DNA from: Cenococcum geophilum
Taxonomy: Eukaryota
Assembly (NCBI GenBank): GCA_050273025.1
Contig: CP158635.1
Location: 1,798,001-1,862,000 of the forward strand
Direction of reading: 5' to 3'
Length of the DNA stretch: 64,000 nucleotides
Under the pieces are notes generated by a model that worked only from the letters and a program-made list of their open reading frames with translations, was not told where the DNA came from and did no database searches. The position numbers and the translations under genes are program-made. Numbering within the stretch: position 1 is the stretch's first letter; each line of letters starts with the position of its first letter. Positions 63,392 to 64,000 of this stretch are shown here, piece by piece.

Positions 63392-64000
63392 CTATAGTTT
63401 CGTTTTAGCTCCTTCACCCATACAGGTGAAATACAATTTCACACCAAGTATGTTTATCCACCCATCCCCACATAGCCCTTCTTCCCTTGCCCTGTCCAGG
63501 ATAGCATTGAATTCATCCCGACCCTCTACGCCGGTCGTAATAGACGCCAGTCCATCTGGCTGCCCTCCTACACCACGTATAAATCCCATTTGAGCATTGG
63601 TGAATGCTAAGAGGTCTCGGCTGCGCGGAATCCCGAATATGTCTTCCCATTCCCTCGACGCGGCTTCGTGGTCCACGTCTCCTGGTGCTAGTCAACATAC
63701 AACGCCATGAAGGTGGAGATGCGATCGTCGCTTCATAGCAGCTGAATATGAGCTGTAATCAGGTCCGCAAGCGTGCCACGGAGAGAAGCGGAATGTTACA
63801 GGGTTGGGATTCTAAGGTGTAGCGCGGTGAGAATCGAGCTCGGGCATCACTCCACCTAGTAAAAACATTAGCTATGGTAGTAGGCCCGTACAGGTTGATG
63901 TTGCACCTTTTATTCCCTTTGGGTGATATTGAACACAGAGGGCATTATCTTGTTCATGGCTGAAAATGACTCTGCCCAATCCCTTTGGCTCAATGTATGC
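63392..64000 (-). pseudogene. 3' part of a conserved fungal hypothetical (glyoxalase/VOC-like) gene with premature stops; extends beyond the window
   Basis: MPELDSH...RFSPWHACGPDY...WEDIFGIPRSRDLLAFTNA.MGF...GLCGDGWIN..GVK.YF; in-frame stops at 63812-14 (TAG) and 63692-94 (TGA). Confidence 0.6.

Noticed and set aside
1..64000. Starship/tyrosine-recombinase captain, tRNA/5S genes, telomeric repeats
   Set aside because: No recognisable YR/DUF3435 motifs, cloverleaf or 5S sequence, or TTAGGG arrays by manual reading; tRNAscan-SE and HMM searches would be needed to exclude them fully.

Overview
Eukaryotic, intron-containing DNA from a filamentous ascomycete; taxon not determinable from the sequence. 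Gene islands alternate with AT/TpA-rich transposon blocks degraded by repeat-induced point mutation (RIP). 1-11.3 kb: hAT transposase relic with a solo LTR, a RIP-damaged GIY-YIG-like/Zn-finger gene split by a full-length Tad-type LINE, and a Tc1-type element. 14-28.5 kb: SDR dehydrogenase, an inactivated HET gene in a 4.2-kb island bounded by 38-bp direct repeats, then SFT1, AGE2-type ArfGAP, a ZNF830/CCDC16-like gene and BYE1. 29-49.6 kb: frameshifted Pth11-like gene, full-length Copia, frameshifted GH16-GPI glucanase, cytochrome P450, and a nested TE stack with a second Copia. 50-64 kb: Cys-rich ORF, RTA1-family transporter, tandem-GFA protein, a cluster of unusual non-coding elements, and two pseudogenes. 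The most unusual signal is a family of elements with 8-bp TSDs, TTATCTCATGAATCAGAC termini and a hairpin cassette inside each end. All calls come from manual reading and motif recognition; no database searches were run.
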